A stretch of 53,086 nt of DNA from Candidatus Giovannonibacteria bacterium RIFCSPHIGHO2_01_FULL_45_24 (GCA_001778495.1 MFHE01000006.1:1-53086), one strand, 5' to 3'. Counted from the stretch's first letter, positions 10,480 to 19,761 are shown. The notes: generated by a model from the sequence alone, not told the origin. Program-made: numbers and translations.

Positions 10480-10542
10480 AAAAATCATTTTAACATGCCG
10501 CGCTTGCCCTTGCAACGTTTTTCGCATACACTTGATTGTATT

Positions 10543-11262
10543 ATGGAAATTACGGAAAATACCGAAATTGAGGCGCTTTTTGGCGCAGGCGCGCATATAG
10601 GATACACAAAATCGCGCCGCCATCCCAAGATGTCCGAATTTGTTTTTGGGACCAGAAATAACGTGGAGGTTTTTGATTTGGTTAAAACCGAGTCAAGGAT
10701 TAAGGAGGCGGAAGAATTTTTGAAGGCGCTTGGCAGGGCCGGCGCGGCGGTTTTATGGGTCGGCACAAAACCCCCGGCCAGGGCGCATATTGAAAGTGTT
10801 GGTAAAAAAACAAAATCGCCCTATGTTTTTGAAAGATGGCTTGGCGGGACATTGACTAATTTCAAAATTTTTGAGGGCCGGCTGGGATATCTGGCAAAAC
10901 TTGAGGCGGAAGAAGCGTCCGGCGAATTTGAGAAATATTCCAAGAAAGAAAGAATGATGAAGATGCTGGAAATCAGAAAACTTGCTAGAATGTTCGGAGG
11001 GCTAAGACTGCTCAAGGCTCTCCCCGCGGCGCTGGTAATCGTTGACCCGGGCGAGGAAAAAACTGCTCTGGCGGAAGCCGAAAGAAAAAATATTCCGGTT
11101 GCGGCTTTGCTCAATGTTGATTGCGACCCGAGGGGCGTAAATTACCTCATACCGTTAAACGACAACTCTTCGGCCGCAATCGCCTTGGTTTTGGCTCGCC
11201 TTGGCTCGGCTTACGAGGCTGGAGCCCGAGAGAAAGAAAAAGAACAAACAGCACAATCATGA
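10543..11262 (+). CDS. rpsB: 30S ribosomal protein S2
   Basis: AGAHIG…[18 protein letters not shown]; start at ATG 10543. Confidence 0.95.
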   Translation: MEITENTEIEALFGAGAHIGYTKSRRHPKMSEFVFGTRNNVEVFDLVKTESRIKEAEEFLKALGRAGAAVLWVGTKPPARAHIESVGKKTKSPYVFERWLGGTLTNFKIFEGRLGYLAKLEAEEASGEFEKYSKKERMMKMLEIRKLARMFGGLRLLKALPAALVIVDPGEEKTALAEAERKNIPVAALLNVDCDPRGVNYLIPLNDNSSAAIALVLARLGSAYEAGAREKEKEQTAQS

Positions 11263-11711
11263 ACATATCTGCGGATTCAGTCAAGCGCCTAAGGGAGCTT
11301 ACCGGCGCCTCCGTGGCGCTTTGTAAAAAGGCGTTGGAAGACGCGGAAGGGGACGCGGACAAAGCAATGGCGCTGCTCCAAAAATCTTCCGAAGCGCTGG
11401 CCATGAAAAAAACGGAGCGCAAAACCGGCGCCGGCGTTGTTGATTCTTACATCCACGTAAATAAGCGCGTGGGGGTTTTGTTGGAGCTCCGGTGCGAAAC
11501 GGATTTTGTCGCCAGAAACGCGGAGTTCCAAGCCCTGGCGCACGATTTGGCTTTGCACATTGCTGGAGTGGCTCCGGAGGACGTCCCGTCGCTTATGGGG
11601 CAGCCATATGTTAAAGACCCTGGCGCGAGCATTGAAGAATTAATCAAGCGCGCCGTCGGGCGTTTTGGAGAAAAAATAGAGGTCGCGCGATTTACAAGGT
11701 ACGAGGTGTAA
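11259..11711 (+). CDS. tsf: Elongation factor Ts (short form)
   Basis: VKRLRELTGASVALCKKAL, ELRCETDFVARN; follows rpsB. Confidence 0.95.
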   Translation: MNISADSVKRLRELTGASVALCKKALEDAEGDADKAMALLQKSSEALAMKKTERKTGAGVVDSYIHVNKRVGVLLELRCETDFVARNAEFQALAHDLALHIAGVAPEDVPSLMGQPYVKDPGASIEELIKRAVGRFGEKIEVARFTRYEV

Positions 11712-11720
11712 ATTAGTATT

Positions 11721-12038
11721 ATGTTGTTTTATTTAATAATTTTTCTTTTGAGCGTCGGCGGGATAATAATGATTATCCGGCGCAACCGCGAAGAGTTCGT
11801 TTCTTTCAACTTTGCCGAGTTTATGGATGGGCTCGTGGATGACGCCGCGGAGGCGTGGCATTCGCACTTGCGCGAAAGGTCACTCACTTTTTTGGAGAAG
11901 CGTTTGCGCGAGGCGAGAATCTGGGTTTTGAAGACCGAAAGCATGCTTTTCCGCACGGCCAGCAAAATCCGCGGGATAAAAGAGAGAAACGGGAACCCAG
12001 AAAACGGGAACGGCGCTTCAGACGAAATATTAAAATAA
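11721..12038 (+). CDS. Hypothetical protein with N-terminal TM helix
   Basis: 105-aa ORF continuing the operon, hydrophobic N-terminus. Confidence 0.6.
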   Translation: MLFYLIIFLLSVGGIIMIIRRNREEFVSFNFAEFMDGLVDDAAEAWHSHLRERSLTFLEKRLREARIWVLKTESMLFRTASKIRGIKERNGNPENGNGASDEILK

Positions 12039-12041
12039 TTT

Positions 12042-12116
12042 GCCACCCTAGCTCAACGGCACCGCGCCTGCAACGCTTCGCGTAGCGATGCGGGCGGGGG
12101 GCAACGGTTTTGTAAA
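12042..12116 (+). pseudogene. 5' half of a tRNA-Thr(TGT) interrupted by a GC-rich hairpin
   Basis: GCCACCC-TAGCTCAACGGCA-[insert]-GGGCAACGGT-TTTGTAAA; no matching 3' half follows. Confidence 0.6.
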
Positions 12117-12129
12117 TTTTCTATAAAAT

Positions 12130-12378
12130 ATGTTTTACTATACTTATGTTTTGAAGAGTAAAAAAGACGGTAAGTTATATATTGGTTTTTATGAGAATTT
12201 GAAACGAAGATTTGAAGAACACCAAAAAGGGTTAGTAGAAGCAACAAAAAATCGTAGGCCGCTAGAATTGATTTATTACGAAGCTTGTAGAAAAAAGGTA
12301 GATGCCATTGATCGTGAAAAACAATTTAAAACAGGTTTTGGCCGAGCTTACTTGAAACACAGAATTTCAGATTTATAA
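12130..12378 (+). CDS. Small GIY-YIG nuclease family protein
   Basis: YTYVLKSKKDGKLYIG…RRFEEH…YYEA…AIDREKQFK. Confidence 0.9.
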   Translation: MFYYTYVLKSKKDGKLYIGFYENLKRRFEEHQKGLVEATKNRRPLELIYYEACRKKVDAIDREKQFKTGFGRAYLKHRISDL

Positions 12379-12382
12379 ATTC

Positions 12383-12454
12383 GCCGGCGTAGCTCAGCGG
12401 TAGAGCAGCTGTTTTGTAAACAGCAGGTCGTCAGTTCAAATCTGACCGCCGGCT
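12383..12454 (+). tRNA. tRNA-Thr(TGT)
   Basis: Acceptor stem GCCGGCG/CGCCGGC, anticodon arm GCTGT-TTTGTAA-ACAGC, T loop TTCAAAT. Confidence 0.95.
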
Positions 12455-12499
12455 CAAAGTTGTAAAAAAAGCAACAAATCGCGTATTATAATTAAGCCA

Positions 12500-14407
12500 A
12501 TGAAAAAGCTTGTTTTTGTTGCCTCCTTTTTACTTTTGACGGCTGTTTTTACAGCCCCTCTTTCTGTTTCTGCTGCCGAAAACGCCGGAATTAAGCCTGG
12601 CAGTTTTTTCTACGGCTTTGTCACGACTTTTGAGAAAGTAAATCTATTTTTTACTTTCAACCCCGAGAAAAAAGCGGAGAAAGCTCTTAAATACGCCGAA
12701 AAGCATCTCGCCGAAGCAGAGGCGGTTGCCGGAGATAAAAATTCAAACGCGGTTAAAACCGCGATTTCCGGCTATGAAGAAAACATCGCCCTCGCGGCCG
12801 AGGCCTCAAAAAAAGTTAAAGATGAAACAAAAGTCGAAAACTTGCTTAATTTAATCGCGGAAAACACATCAAAACACCAAACAATTCTGTCGGATGTCTT
12901 ATCTAAAGTCCCCGACGAAGCCAGAGAAGCCATAACGAAAGCAATTGAAGCCAGCAAAAAAGGCCAAGAGGAAGCTCTAAAACAAATTCAAGAGTTAAAC
13001 AAAACAATAACCGGACAAAGCGCAGAAATCGAAGCCTTACGAAAAGAAGTTGAGGCATTAAAATCTCGCCCCTCGCAAACACCGCTCGTTATCTCATCAC
13101 CAAAAATCACACAAAAACTTTCTAACGCTGAAATAATAAGAAAAATCAAACCTACTATTGTTTATGTTGAAACCAATAACAGTGTTGGTAGCGGAATGAT
13201 TTTGAGTGTTGACGGATTTATTTTAACCAATGCCCACGTTATTAGTGGCGTCTCGTCTGTTCAAATTAAATTATTTAACAGCAAAACATTTTCTGGAGTT
13301 GTGGTTGGAAGAGACGAAAATATAGATTTAGCTTTGTTAAAAATCAACACAGATAATGTTTCTGCGATTGAATTGGGCAACTCTGACGATGTCCAACAAG
13401 GAGATGAAGTATTCGCTTTGGGTTACCCATTTGGTTTAGAGGGGGATGTTAGTTTTAAAGAGGGCACAATTTCGAGAAGAATAGAAAATTATCTTGAAAC
13501 ATCAGCAGAAATGCATCCCGGCAACAGTGGCGGACCATTGGTAAATAGATACGGCCAAGTTATTGGCGTAAATACTAAAAAAATCGGCAAGGGCGTTTCA
13601 GGTGTTCAAATTGGCGAAACAATTAAACTGGCAATACCTATTAATATAGCAAAAGACTATATTCCAAAATTAAAATCAGGAATAAATGTGATTAACGTGG
13701 TGGATGGTACCAAAAACTCAACGCACATCCAACTATCATGCGAAAAAATTAGTGATGCGGTAATTGCGTTCGATACGGAATATAATATATTGTCAAAATC
13801 ATATCTAGACATATCTAAAATATTTTCTGATGCATTGTCATCAACCAGTTTAAAAGGATTAGCCGCTTTCAAGTATTGGTACAATAACTGGGTTGCCATG
13901 CACGATCAGATAAGTCTTAAAACCAAGGCCTTACAGGAAAAAGCGCGGCGAAATTATGTTCTATATATAGAGCAAGATAATTTGATAAGCTTGAATACGG
14001 CTTTCGCACAAACAGCAATTTATTCTAAGGGGTATTATGATGCTCGCCTAGAGACTTTAAATTTTATTGTAAATAACGATTATTGGGATGATTATTTTAT
14101 TATAAAAATAAAAGATTTATTGGCTAAAGACAATGAAATAAAACAAAAAGCCGATGACTCGTACGAAGTTGCAAAATTATGGTATAAAAATATTCAAAAT
14201 GATTACATTAGGTTCAAGACAGATAATGGGTGTTCGTTAAAGATGGCGCAGACAATTAGGAGAAGTGTTCTTGATGCAATGACACTAAATCCACAGTTAA
14301 GGTGTTCTGATCTTGGCTTTTCTCAATCAGATATTAATTCATGTAGTTTGTATAGAAACTACTCATCTTATTACGATTGGAAAATTATAGAGGATAATCA
14401 GCAATAA
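12500..14407 (+). CDS. Secreted DUF5667-like plus trypsin-like (HtrA-type) serine protease with an unknown C-terminal region
   Basis: Signal peptide, AGIKPGSFFYGF…FTFNPEKKAE, catalytic LTNAHV / DLALLK / GNSGGPL; no PDZ recognisable. Confidence 0.8.
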   Translation: MKKLVFVASFLLLTAVFTAPLSVSAAENAGIKPGSFFYGFVTTFEKVNLFFTFNPEKKAEKALKYAEKHLAEAEAVAGDKNSNAVKTAISGYEENIALAAEASKKVKDETKVENLLNLIAENTSKHQTILSDVLSKVPDEAREAITKAIEASKKGQEEALKQIQELNKTITGQSAEIEALRKEVEALKSRPSQTPLVISSPKITQKLSNAEIIRKIKPTIVYVETNNSVGSGMILSVDGFILTNAHVISGVSSVQIKLFNSKTFSGVVVGRDENIDLALLKINTDNVSAIELGNSDDVQQGDEVFALGYPFGLEGDVSFKEGTISRRIENYLETSAEMHPGNSGGPLVNRYGQVIGVNTKKIGKGVSGVQIGETIKLAIPINIAKDYIPKLKSGINVINVVDGTKNSTHIQLSCEKISDAVIAFDTEYNILSKSYLDISKIFSDALSSTSLKGLAAFKYWYNNWVAMHDQISLKTKALQEKARRNYVLYIEQDNLISLNTAFAQTAIYSKGYYDARLETLNFIVNNDYWDDYFIIKIKDLLAKDNEIKQKADDSYEVAKLWYKNIQNDYIRFKTDNGCSLKMAQTIRRSVLDAMTLNPQLRCSDLGFSQSDINSCSLYRNYSSYYDWKIIEDNQQ

Positions 14408-14415
14408 ATATTCGT

Positions 14416-14691
14416 ATGAATTTGATAAAAAGTTTCTTTGAAAAGAAAAGGGCAAAAAAAATCGAACAGAAAGTTTTGAATCATTACAAAGAATTGGCTG
14501 GCGCATTTGGAAGTAGCGGCGAGATGTTAAATAAAGACAAAGAAGGTCGCGCAAGAGTTCGGGTTAAAGAGCAAGAGAAACTTGCACCCAAACTCGAACC
14601 CTTTTGGAATAGTCGGACAATACAAGCGGCGTTTATCGGTGGCGGTTTTGTTGTATTGGCTACCCTGCTTACGCTCTATTTATCAAATTAA
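14416..14691 (+). CDS. Hypothetical protein with C-terminal TM helix
   Basis: 91-aa ORF directly after the protease, hydrophobic C-terminus. Confidence 0.5.
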   Translation: MNLIKSFFEKKRAKKIEQKVLNHYKELAGAFGSSGEMLNKDKEGRARVRVKEQEKLAPKLEPFWNSRTIQAAFIGGGFVVLATLLTLYLSN

Positions 14692-14787
14692 CTTAGTCTA
14701 CGTCAAAAATCCGCTGGCCCGAGCGATGTGCGAGACGGAAATGAGATTTACGCAACTATTTTTCCGGCGGGCGGGCGGGGGAAAATG

Positions 14788-14807
14788 CTTGCCTGCCGGT
14801 AGGCAGG
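14788..14807. repeat. Short REP-like palindrome
   Basis: CTTGCCTGCCGGTAGGCAGG hairpin. Confidence 0.5.
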
Positions 14808-14845
14808 GAGGGATTTGAGTTATCCACAAAGCCCGCTAGCGTGGG

Positions 14846-14874
14846 TTGACAGTAATTTTTACTTTTGCTACACT
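14846..14874 (+). promoter_or_regulatory. Sigma70 promoter driving a short RNA upstream of the NYN gene
   Basis: TTGACA (14846)-17 nt-TACACT (14869), with extended -10 TG. Confidence 0.75.
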
Positions 14875-14879
14875 ATGAT

Positions 14880-14926
14880 TATTAACCACCCCCGCGCCGT
14901 CTTCGGATCGTGCGGGGTTTTGTTTT
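14880..14926 (+). ncRNA. Putative ~45-nt NYN-associated small RNA ending in an intrinsic terminator
   Basis: CCCCGCGC…TC-TTCG-GA…GTGCGGGG-TTTTGTTTT directly after the promoter. The NYN gene has its own TGcTAAAAT -10 at 14928-14936. Confidence 0.5.
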
Positions 14927-14942
14927 GTGCTAAAATAGCCTT

Positions 14943-15476
14943 ATGAATGAGAAAGAAAGAATTTTTATACTAATTGATGGGAATAATTTCTATCATCGTC
15001 TCAAGGAGTTAAAACTTAATAATTTATTGTCGTTTCATTATGAAAAACTGTCTGACTTTCTGACAGGCCAAAGGCTTTTAATATTCAAACATTATTATAT
15101 AGGAGCTATTCGCGAAGAGCAGGGCAACCCGAAAAGTAAAGAATTGATGCGCGGGCAAAGAAAATTGACTAGCATACTTCAAAGAGACGGCTGGATAGTT
15201 AAATTTGGTCATATGCTTAAAACCGATGGTTATCACGAAAAAGGGGTTGATGTTCAAATCGCCGTTGATTTACTGATTGGAGCTTACGAAAATCTTTATG
15301 ATACAGCAATTTTGGTCAGCTCCGATACCGATTTGATTCCCGCATTAGCTAAAGTGCGCTTTATGAAAAAGAAAGTTGAATATATGGGGTTTAGTCATAA
15401 ACCATCTTATGGCTTGATTACACATTCGGATATAAGAAGGCTTTTGACAAAAGAAGATATTAATCAATTTCTATGA
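14943..15476 (+). CDS. NYN-domain (LabA/DUF88, PIN-like) ribonuclease
   Basis: ILIDGNN, EKGVDVQIAVD, LVSSDTDLIP catalytic Asp motifs. Confidence 0.92.
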   Translation: MNEKERIFILIDGNNFYHRLKELKLNNLLSFHYEKLSDFLTGQRLLIFKHYYIGAIREEQGNPKSKELMRGQRKLTSILQRDGWIVKFGHMLKTDGYHEKGVDVQIAVDLLIGAYENLYDTAILVSSDTDLIPALAKVRFMKKKVEYMGFSHKPSYGLITHSDIRRLLTKEDINQFL

Positions 15477-16717
15477 TTCATGAAATTATAATTGTCGGAG
15501 GGGGGTTTGGGGGAGCGAGGGTGGCGAAATTGCTGGCGGAGGAACCGAATTTCCATATCACGCTGGTAGACAAAAGCCGATACCATACTTTTTATCCCAA
15601 TCTTTATGAAGTGGCTACTGCCTATTTGCCGGAAGCCTTCGGCCATCTGCCGATTGATTTTGTTGATTTGAAATCTTCCGCCATCTATCCCTTGGAGGAT
15701 ATTTTTTTGGACGACATAAATGTCTCCGTATTAGAAGACGAATTTTTGGGCGCGGATTTTAAAAAGCATTTTGTGAATTTGCGAAAAACAGGGAAACTGC
15801 GCTACGATTTTTTGGCGCTTGCGATGGGCAGCGAGACGAATTATTTCGGCATCCCCGGCATGGCGGAAAAGGCCCTGCCGCTTAAAAACTTTTTTGACGC
15901 GCTCGGGCTTCGGAACGCCATTGACGAGCTTTTTTTCAGAGCTCCGAAAAACCAGCTCATAAAAATCGTGATAGGCGGAGGAGGGTTCACCGGGTGCGAG
16001 CTGGCCGGAGAGCTTATGGGATATATGGATAAACTTTCCCGGATTCACGGCAGGCCGCGCTATTACGCGGAATGTTTGATTGTTGAGGCGGCGGAAACTC
16101 TTTTGGGGAGCGCAAGCCCATGGGTTCAGAAAAAAGCCAAAGCGCGGCTGGAAAAACTCGACGTGAAATTTATGTTCAAAAGCGCCATAAAAGAAATCCG
16201 GCAGAATGAAATCATTTTGGGTGTCGGTTCCAAAGTTCCATACGATTTGCTTATCTGGACGGCCGGAGTAAAAGCAAGCGAATCAGTCAAAACGCTGGAG
16301 AGCGTGAAATTAGAAAAGGCCTCGTGCGTGCCGGTTGATAAAAATTTGAGAATCGCGCCGCATGAAAACGTTTTCGGGGTGGGGGATATTACTTACTCTG
16401 TTGACGAAGCAACTGGCAAATCTCTTCCTATGACCGCCTCCGTCGCTTTAAGGGAAGCGAAATGCGTCGCGGAAAATATAAAAAGGATGGCTGCCAAAAA
16501 ACCGCTTCTCTACTACCGCGCGAGCCACCCCGGCTTTATAATCCCGCTTGGGGGCAGATACGCGCTTTTGGAGCTTTACGGCGTCCGTCTTTCTGGCCTT
16601 TTACCGTGGCTTTTAAAAGAATTTATCGCACTTAAGTATTGGGCCGGACTTTTGGGCTGGCGGAGGGCGTTTGGCTTGTGGAAAAAGGGACTTGAAATCC
16701 ACTCGTGGAATGACTAA
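15473..16717 (+). CDS. ndh: Type II NADH dehydrogenase-like FAD oxidoreductase
   Basis: IIIVGGGFGG, IGGGGFTGCELAGE, LIWTAGV, VFGVGD. Confidence 0.85.
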   Translation: MIHEIIIVGGGFGGARVAKLLAEEPNFHITLVDKSRYHTFYPNLYEVATAYLPEAFGHLPIDFVDLKSSAIYPLEDIFLDDINVSVLEDEFLGADFKKHFVNLRKTGKLRYDFLALAMGSETNYFGIPGMAEKALPLKNFFDALGLRNAIDELFFRAPKNQLIKIVIGGGGFTGCELAGELMGYMDKLSRIHGRPRYYAECLIVEAAETLLGSASPWVQKKAKARLEKLDVKFMFKSAIKEIRQNEIILGVGSKVPYDLLIWTAGVKASESVKTLESVKLEKASCVPVDKNLRIAPHENVFGVGDITYSVDEATGKSLPMTASVALREAKCVAENIKRMAAKKPLLYYRASHPGFIIPLGGRYALLELYGVRLSGLLPWLLKEFIALKYWAGLLGWRRAFGLWKKGLEIHSWND

Positions 16718-16741
16718 AATCGGACTATAAGTGTCCGATTT
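16692..16741 (+). promoter_or_regulatory. Promoter plus Rrf2/IscR-type operator
   Basis: TTGAAA (16692)-17-TAAAAT (16715), overlapped by the 9-7-9 inverted repeat AAATCGGAC-TATAAGT-GTCCGATTT (16717-16741) directly before the rrf2 ATG. Confidence 0.7.
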
Positions 16742-17017
16742 ATGAAAAAGTTTGATTATGGGGTTATTTTGATTGAGCGCCTGAAAGTCGCGGAAAGGGC
16801 TTATTTGGACGCGAAAAGCGTGGCAAAAGAGCATGGCTTACCCACTGCTTACATGGAAAAGGTGGCGCAGGAGCTTCGGCGCGCAGGGTGGCTTGAGGCG
16901 CGCCGGGGCATCGGCGGAGGGTATAAGCTTATAAAAAAAGACTTGGAAATTTCTGAGCTGATTAATTTTTTTGAAAGGCCTTATAATATTTGTCCGATAA
17001 CAAGAATGCAAAAATGA
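16742..17017 (+). CDS. Short Rrf2-family transcriptional regulator
   Basis: DYG, LPTAYMEKVAQELRRAGWLEARRGIGGGYKL. Confidence 0.88.
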   Translation: MKKFDYGVILIERLKVAERAYLDAKSVAKEHGLPTAYMEKVAQELRRAGWLEARRGIGGGYKLIKKDLEISELINFFERPYNICPITRMQK

Positions 17018-18267
17018 AGAGAATCTATTTGGATTACGCGGCGACGACCCCAACGGACCAGCGCGTGAAAGACGCGATGGGGCGTTTTTGGACGGAAGAG
17101 TTTGGCAATGCCGGAGGGCTTTATGAAGAGGGCAGGCGCGCCAAAGAAAATTTGCGCGCTTCGCGCGAGCAGATTGCCAGAGCAATCGGCGCGCGCCCGG
17201 ACGAAATTATTTTTACTTCCGGCGGCACCGAGTCGGACAATCTGGCGATTTTCGGCGTTTCTGGAGCGGCGAAGCACGGGCATATAATTACCACCGAATT
17301 TGAACATCACGCGGTTTTGGAGCCCTGCCAACGTTTGAAAAAGGAGGGGTTCGATGTAACTTTTTTGGACGTCGGCGAGGACGGAATTGTAAAGCCGGAG
17401 AACGTCAAACGTTCTTTACGGCCGGAAACGATTTTGGTTTCCATAATGTATGCCAACAACGAAATCGGAACTATTCAGCCGATCGCGGAGATTGGAAAGA
17501 TTATTAAAGAATTTAAGGGGGGTGGGGCGGGTTATCCATATTTCCATACCGACGCCTGCCAGGCGGCGGGGTATTTGGATTTGAACGTAAATAAGTTGGG
17601 CGTTGATTTGATGACGGTCAACGGCTCTAAAATTTATGGTCCGAAAGGAATCGGATTTTTATATAAGCGCGCTGGGGTGAAAATAAAACCGCAAATCATC
17701 GGCGGCGGGCAGGAGATGCGGATGAGGTCGGGCACGGAGCCAGTGGCTCTAATCGTTGGTTTAGCAAAAGCGTTAGAGATTGCCCAAGCCGAGCGCGTTG
17801 CCGAATCGGCGCGGCTTGCTCCACTTCGCGACTATTTCGTTTCCGAAATACAAAGGCGCGTTCCAAAAGTCATTTTAAACGGGCATCCGGCGAAGCGGCT
17901 CCCAAACAATATAAATATTTCCATTTTGGACATTGAAGGCGAGGCGTTGGTGCTTTATCTGGACGCCAAAAGAATTTCTTTTTCTACCGGCTCGGCTTGC
18001 ACATCGGAGTCGCTGGAGCCGTCACATGTTATTTTGGCATTGGGCAAGCCCTACGAATTCGCGCATGCGTCTATGCGTTTTACAATGGGCAGGAGCACGA
18101 CTAAAGAGGACTTGGATTATGTTTTAAACGAACTGCCGAATGCCGTTCTGTGGCTCCGCAAAGTTTCTCCTTTAAATCTTGAAGCCGGCGCAAAATCAAT
18201 GAGTCACCCCGAAGCGTTTGCCGGAGAAAATTTAAAGGTTAAAGCGAAAAGTAAGAGTTATAAATAA
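17014..18267 (+). CDS. iscS: Cysteine desulfurase
   Basis: IYLDYAATTP, FTSGGTES, NNEIGTIQP, KIYGPKG, STGSAC. Confidence 0.95.
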   Translation: MKRIYLDYAATTPTDQRVKDAMGRFWTEEFGNAGGLYEEGRRAKENLRASREQIARAIGARPDEIIFTSGGTESDNLAIFGVSGAAKHGHIITTEFEHHAVLEPCQRLKKEGFDVTFLDVGEDGIVKPENVKRSLRPETILVSIMYANNEIGTIQPIAEIGKIIKEFKGGGAGYPYFHTDACQAAGYLDLNVNKLGVDLMTVNGSKIYGPKGIGFLYKRAGVKIKPQIIGGGQEMRMRSGTEPVALIVGLAKALEIAQAERVAESARLAPLRDYFVSEIQRRVPKVILNGHPAKRLPNNINISILDIEGEALVLYLDAKRISFSTGSACTSESLEPSHVILALGKPYEFAHASMRFTMGRSTTKEDLDYVLNELPNAVLWLRKVSPLNLEAGAKSMSHPEAFAGENLKVKAKSKSYK

Positions 18268-18268
18268 T

Positions 18269-18928
18269 ATGAATAACAAACAAGATATAGACGTCATTAA
18301 CCAGTATACCGGAGAGAAGTGGTATTATTCGGATATCGTTAAAGACCACTTTTTTCATCCGAGAAATTTATTGTGGGAACGGCCGAAGGATGAGTCGGAA
18401 TACGACGCGCATGGGATGGTTGGCTCGCCGGCCTGCGGAGATATGATGGAGATGTGGATGAAAATTGACCCGGCAACGGCACGGGTAAAAGATTTAAAAT
18501 GGAAAACGTTCGGATGCGCGTCGGCGATCGCGGCGACCTCAATGTTTTCGGTGATGGTGACTGAAAACGGCGGCTTGTCGGTTGAGGAAGCGCTGAAAGT
18601 CCGTCCCCAGGACGTGATGCTGCGCTTGGGAGGGCTGCCTAACCGCAAAATCCACTGCTCTGTCTTGGCGGATAAGGCGTTCCAGAAGATCGCTAATGAC
18701 TATTTCAGAAAAACCGGCCGATTTGATAAAATAGTTGTGGAGGGCGCGCGGGTGATTGACCCGCGGCTCAATATCACGGACAAAGATATAGAGGAAGCCG
18801 TTTTGGAAGGTGCGCAAAATTTGGAGGACGTACAAAAAAAGCTCAAGGTCGGCGTCGGCGCCTCGGAAGAAGTCAAAACCGAAGTTGAGCAGTTAGTCAG
18901 ATTTTATAAGGATAAATATTATGGATAA
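18269..18928 (+). CDS. iscU: IscU/NifU Fe-S scaffold fused to a BFD-like domain
   Basis: GSPACGD, TFGCASAIA, KIHCSVLA; C-terminal ITDKDIEEAV…LEDVQKKLKVG. Confidence 0.88.
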   Translation: MNNKQDIDVINQYTGEKWYYSDIVKDHFFHPRNLLWERPKDESEYDAHGMVGSPACGDMMEMWMKIDPATARVKDLKWKTFGCASAIAATSMFSVMVTENGGLSVEEALKVRPQDVMLRLGGLPNRKIHCSVLADKAFQKIANDYFRKTGRFDKIVVEGARVIDPRLNITDKDIEEAVLEGAQNLEDVQKKLKVGVGASEEVKTEVEQLVRFYKDKYYG

Positions 18929-19148
18929 AAAAATCGCGAAAATCTATGTTGACCGGGAGCTTTGCATTGGGGCGGCGAGTTGCGTAGCCATCGCGCCGGG
19001 GGTTTTCCAGTTGGACGAAGAAAATAAGGCCTACGTGGTAAACCCAGAAGGCGCGGATGAGGAAACCATACTTTTGGCGGCGCAGAGCTGCCCCACGCGC
19101 GCGATTTCGCTTTACGACAAAGACGGAAACAAAATTTATCCGGAATGA
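18921..19148 (+). CDS. Single-cluster ferredoxin ([3Fe-4S]/[4Fe-4S] type)
   Basis: CIGAASCVAIAP…AAQSCPTRAI. Confidence 0.88.
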   Translation: MDKKIAKIYVDRELCIGAASCVAIAPGVFQLDEENKAYVVNPEGADEETILLAAQSCPTRAISLYDKDGNKIYPE

Positions 19149-19158
19149 TTATAAATTT

Positions 19159-19761
19159 ATGGCACGCGAAATAAAAAAATTAAAATACACGGAACTGGAC
19201 GGGCTTTCGGAGAAGCAGTTAAAAGAGCACCACAATGTGCTATACGCCGGCTACGTCAAAAAAATAGGGGAGATTGAGGAGAAGTTGAAAAGTGTTGATT
19301 TGTCTTCCGCCAACGCGACTTATTCCGACCTCCGCGAGCTTAAAATAGAAGAAACCTTTGCCCTAAACGGCGTAAAACTGCACGAAGGATATTTTGATAA
19401 TATGGTAAGCGCGGGCAGTCCGACGTCAGGGAAAATTCTTGAAATGATTAATCGCGACTTCGGCTCTTATGAAAACTGGGAGAAGGAGTTTAAAGCACTC
19501 GGGCTTGCGGCGCGCGGCTGGGTCGTTTTGGGGTATGATTTGGACGAAAAAAAACTAAAAAACATCCTCTGCGACTCGCACCATCAAGGCGCGCCGTGGA
19601 ATATGTTCGCGCTTCTTATTATGGACGTCTACGAGCATGCTTATTTTATTGATTACGCCACGGGCCGCAAGGCCTACATTGAGGCATTCTTTAAAAATAT
19701 AGATTGGAAATACGTTGATATGCGCATTTCCGAATACAGCCTGTTTTTCTTAAAGAAATAA
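19159..19761 (+). CDS. sod: Fe/Mn superoxide dismutase family protein
   Basis: EHHNVLYAGYV, NGVKLHEGYF, MDVYEHAYFIDY; start at ATG 19159. Confidence 0.88.
   Translation: MAREIKKLKYTELDGLSEKQLKEHHNVLYAGYVKKIGEIEEKLKSVDLSSANATYSDLRELKIEETFALNGVKLHEGYFDNMVSAGSPTSGKILEMINRDFGSYENWEKEFKALGLAARGWVVLGYDLDEKKLKNILCDSHHQGAPWNMFALLIMDVYEHAYFIDYATGRKAYIEAFFKNIDWKYVDMRISEYSLFFLKK

Noticed and set aside
10450-10623. Overlapping N-terminal extensions of rpsB and rpmE from the ORF track
   Set aside because: Artefacts of longest-ORF calling; conserved starts are at 10543 and 10479, leaving a divergent promoter gap.
12042-12454. Group I intron or split tRNA with a GIY-YIG homing endonuclease
   Set aside because: No 3' exon complementary to GCCACCC follows, there is no room for a ribozyme core, and the downstream tRNA is complete by itself.
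14582-14818. 78-aa ORF ending CLPAGRQGGI
   Set aside because: Overlaps another ORF and merely translates the palindromic repeat; TTG start and no coding signal.
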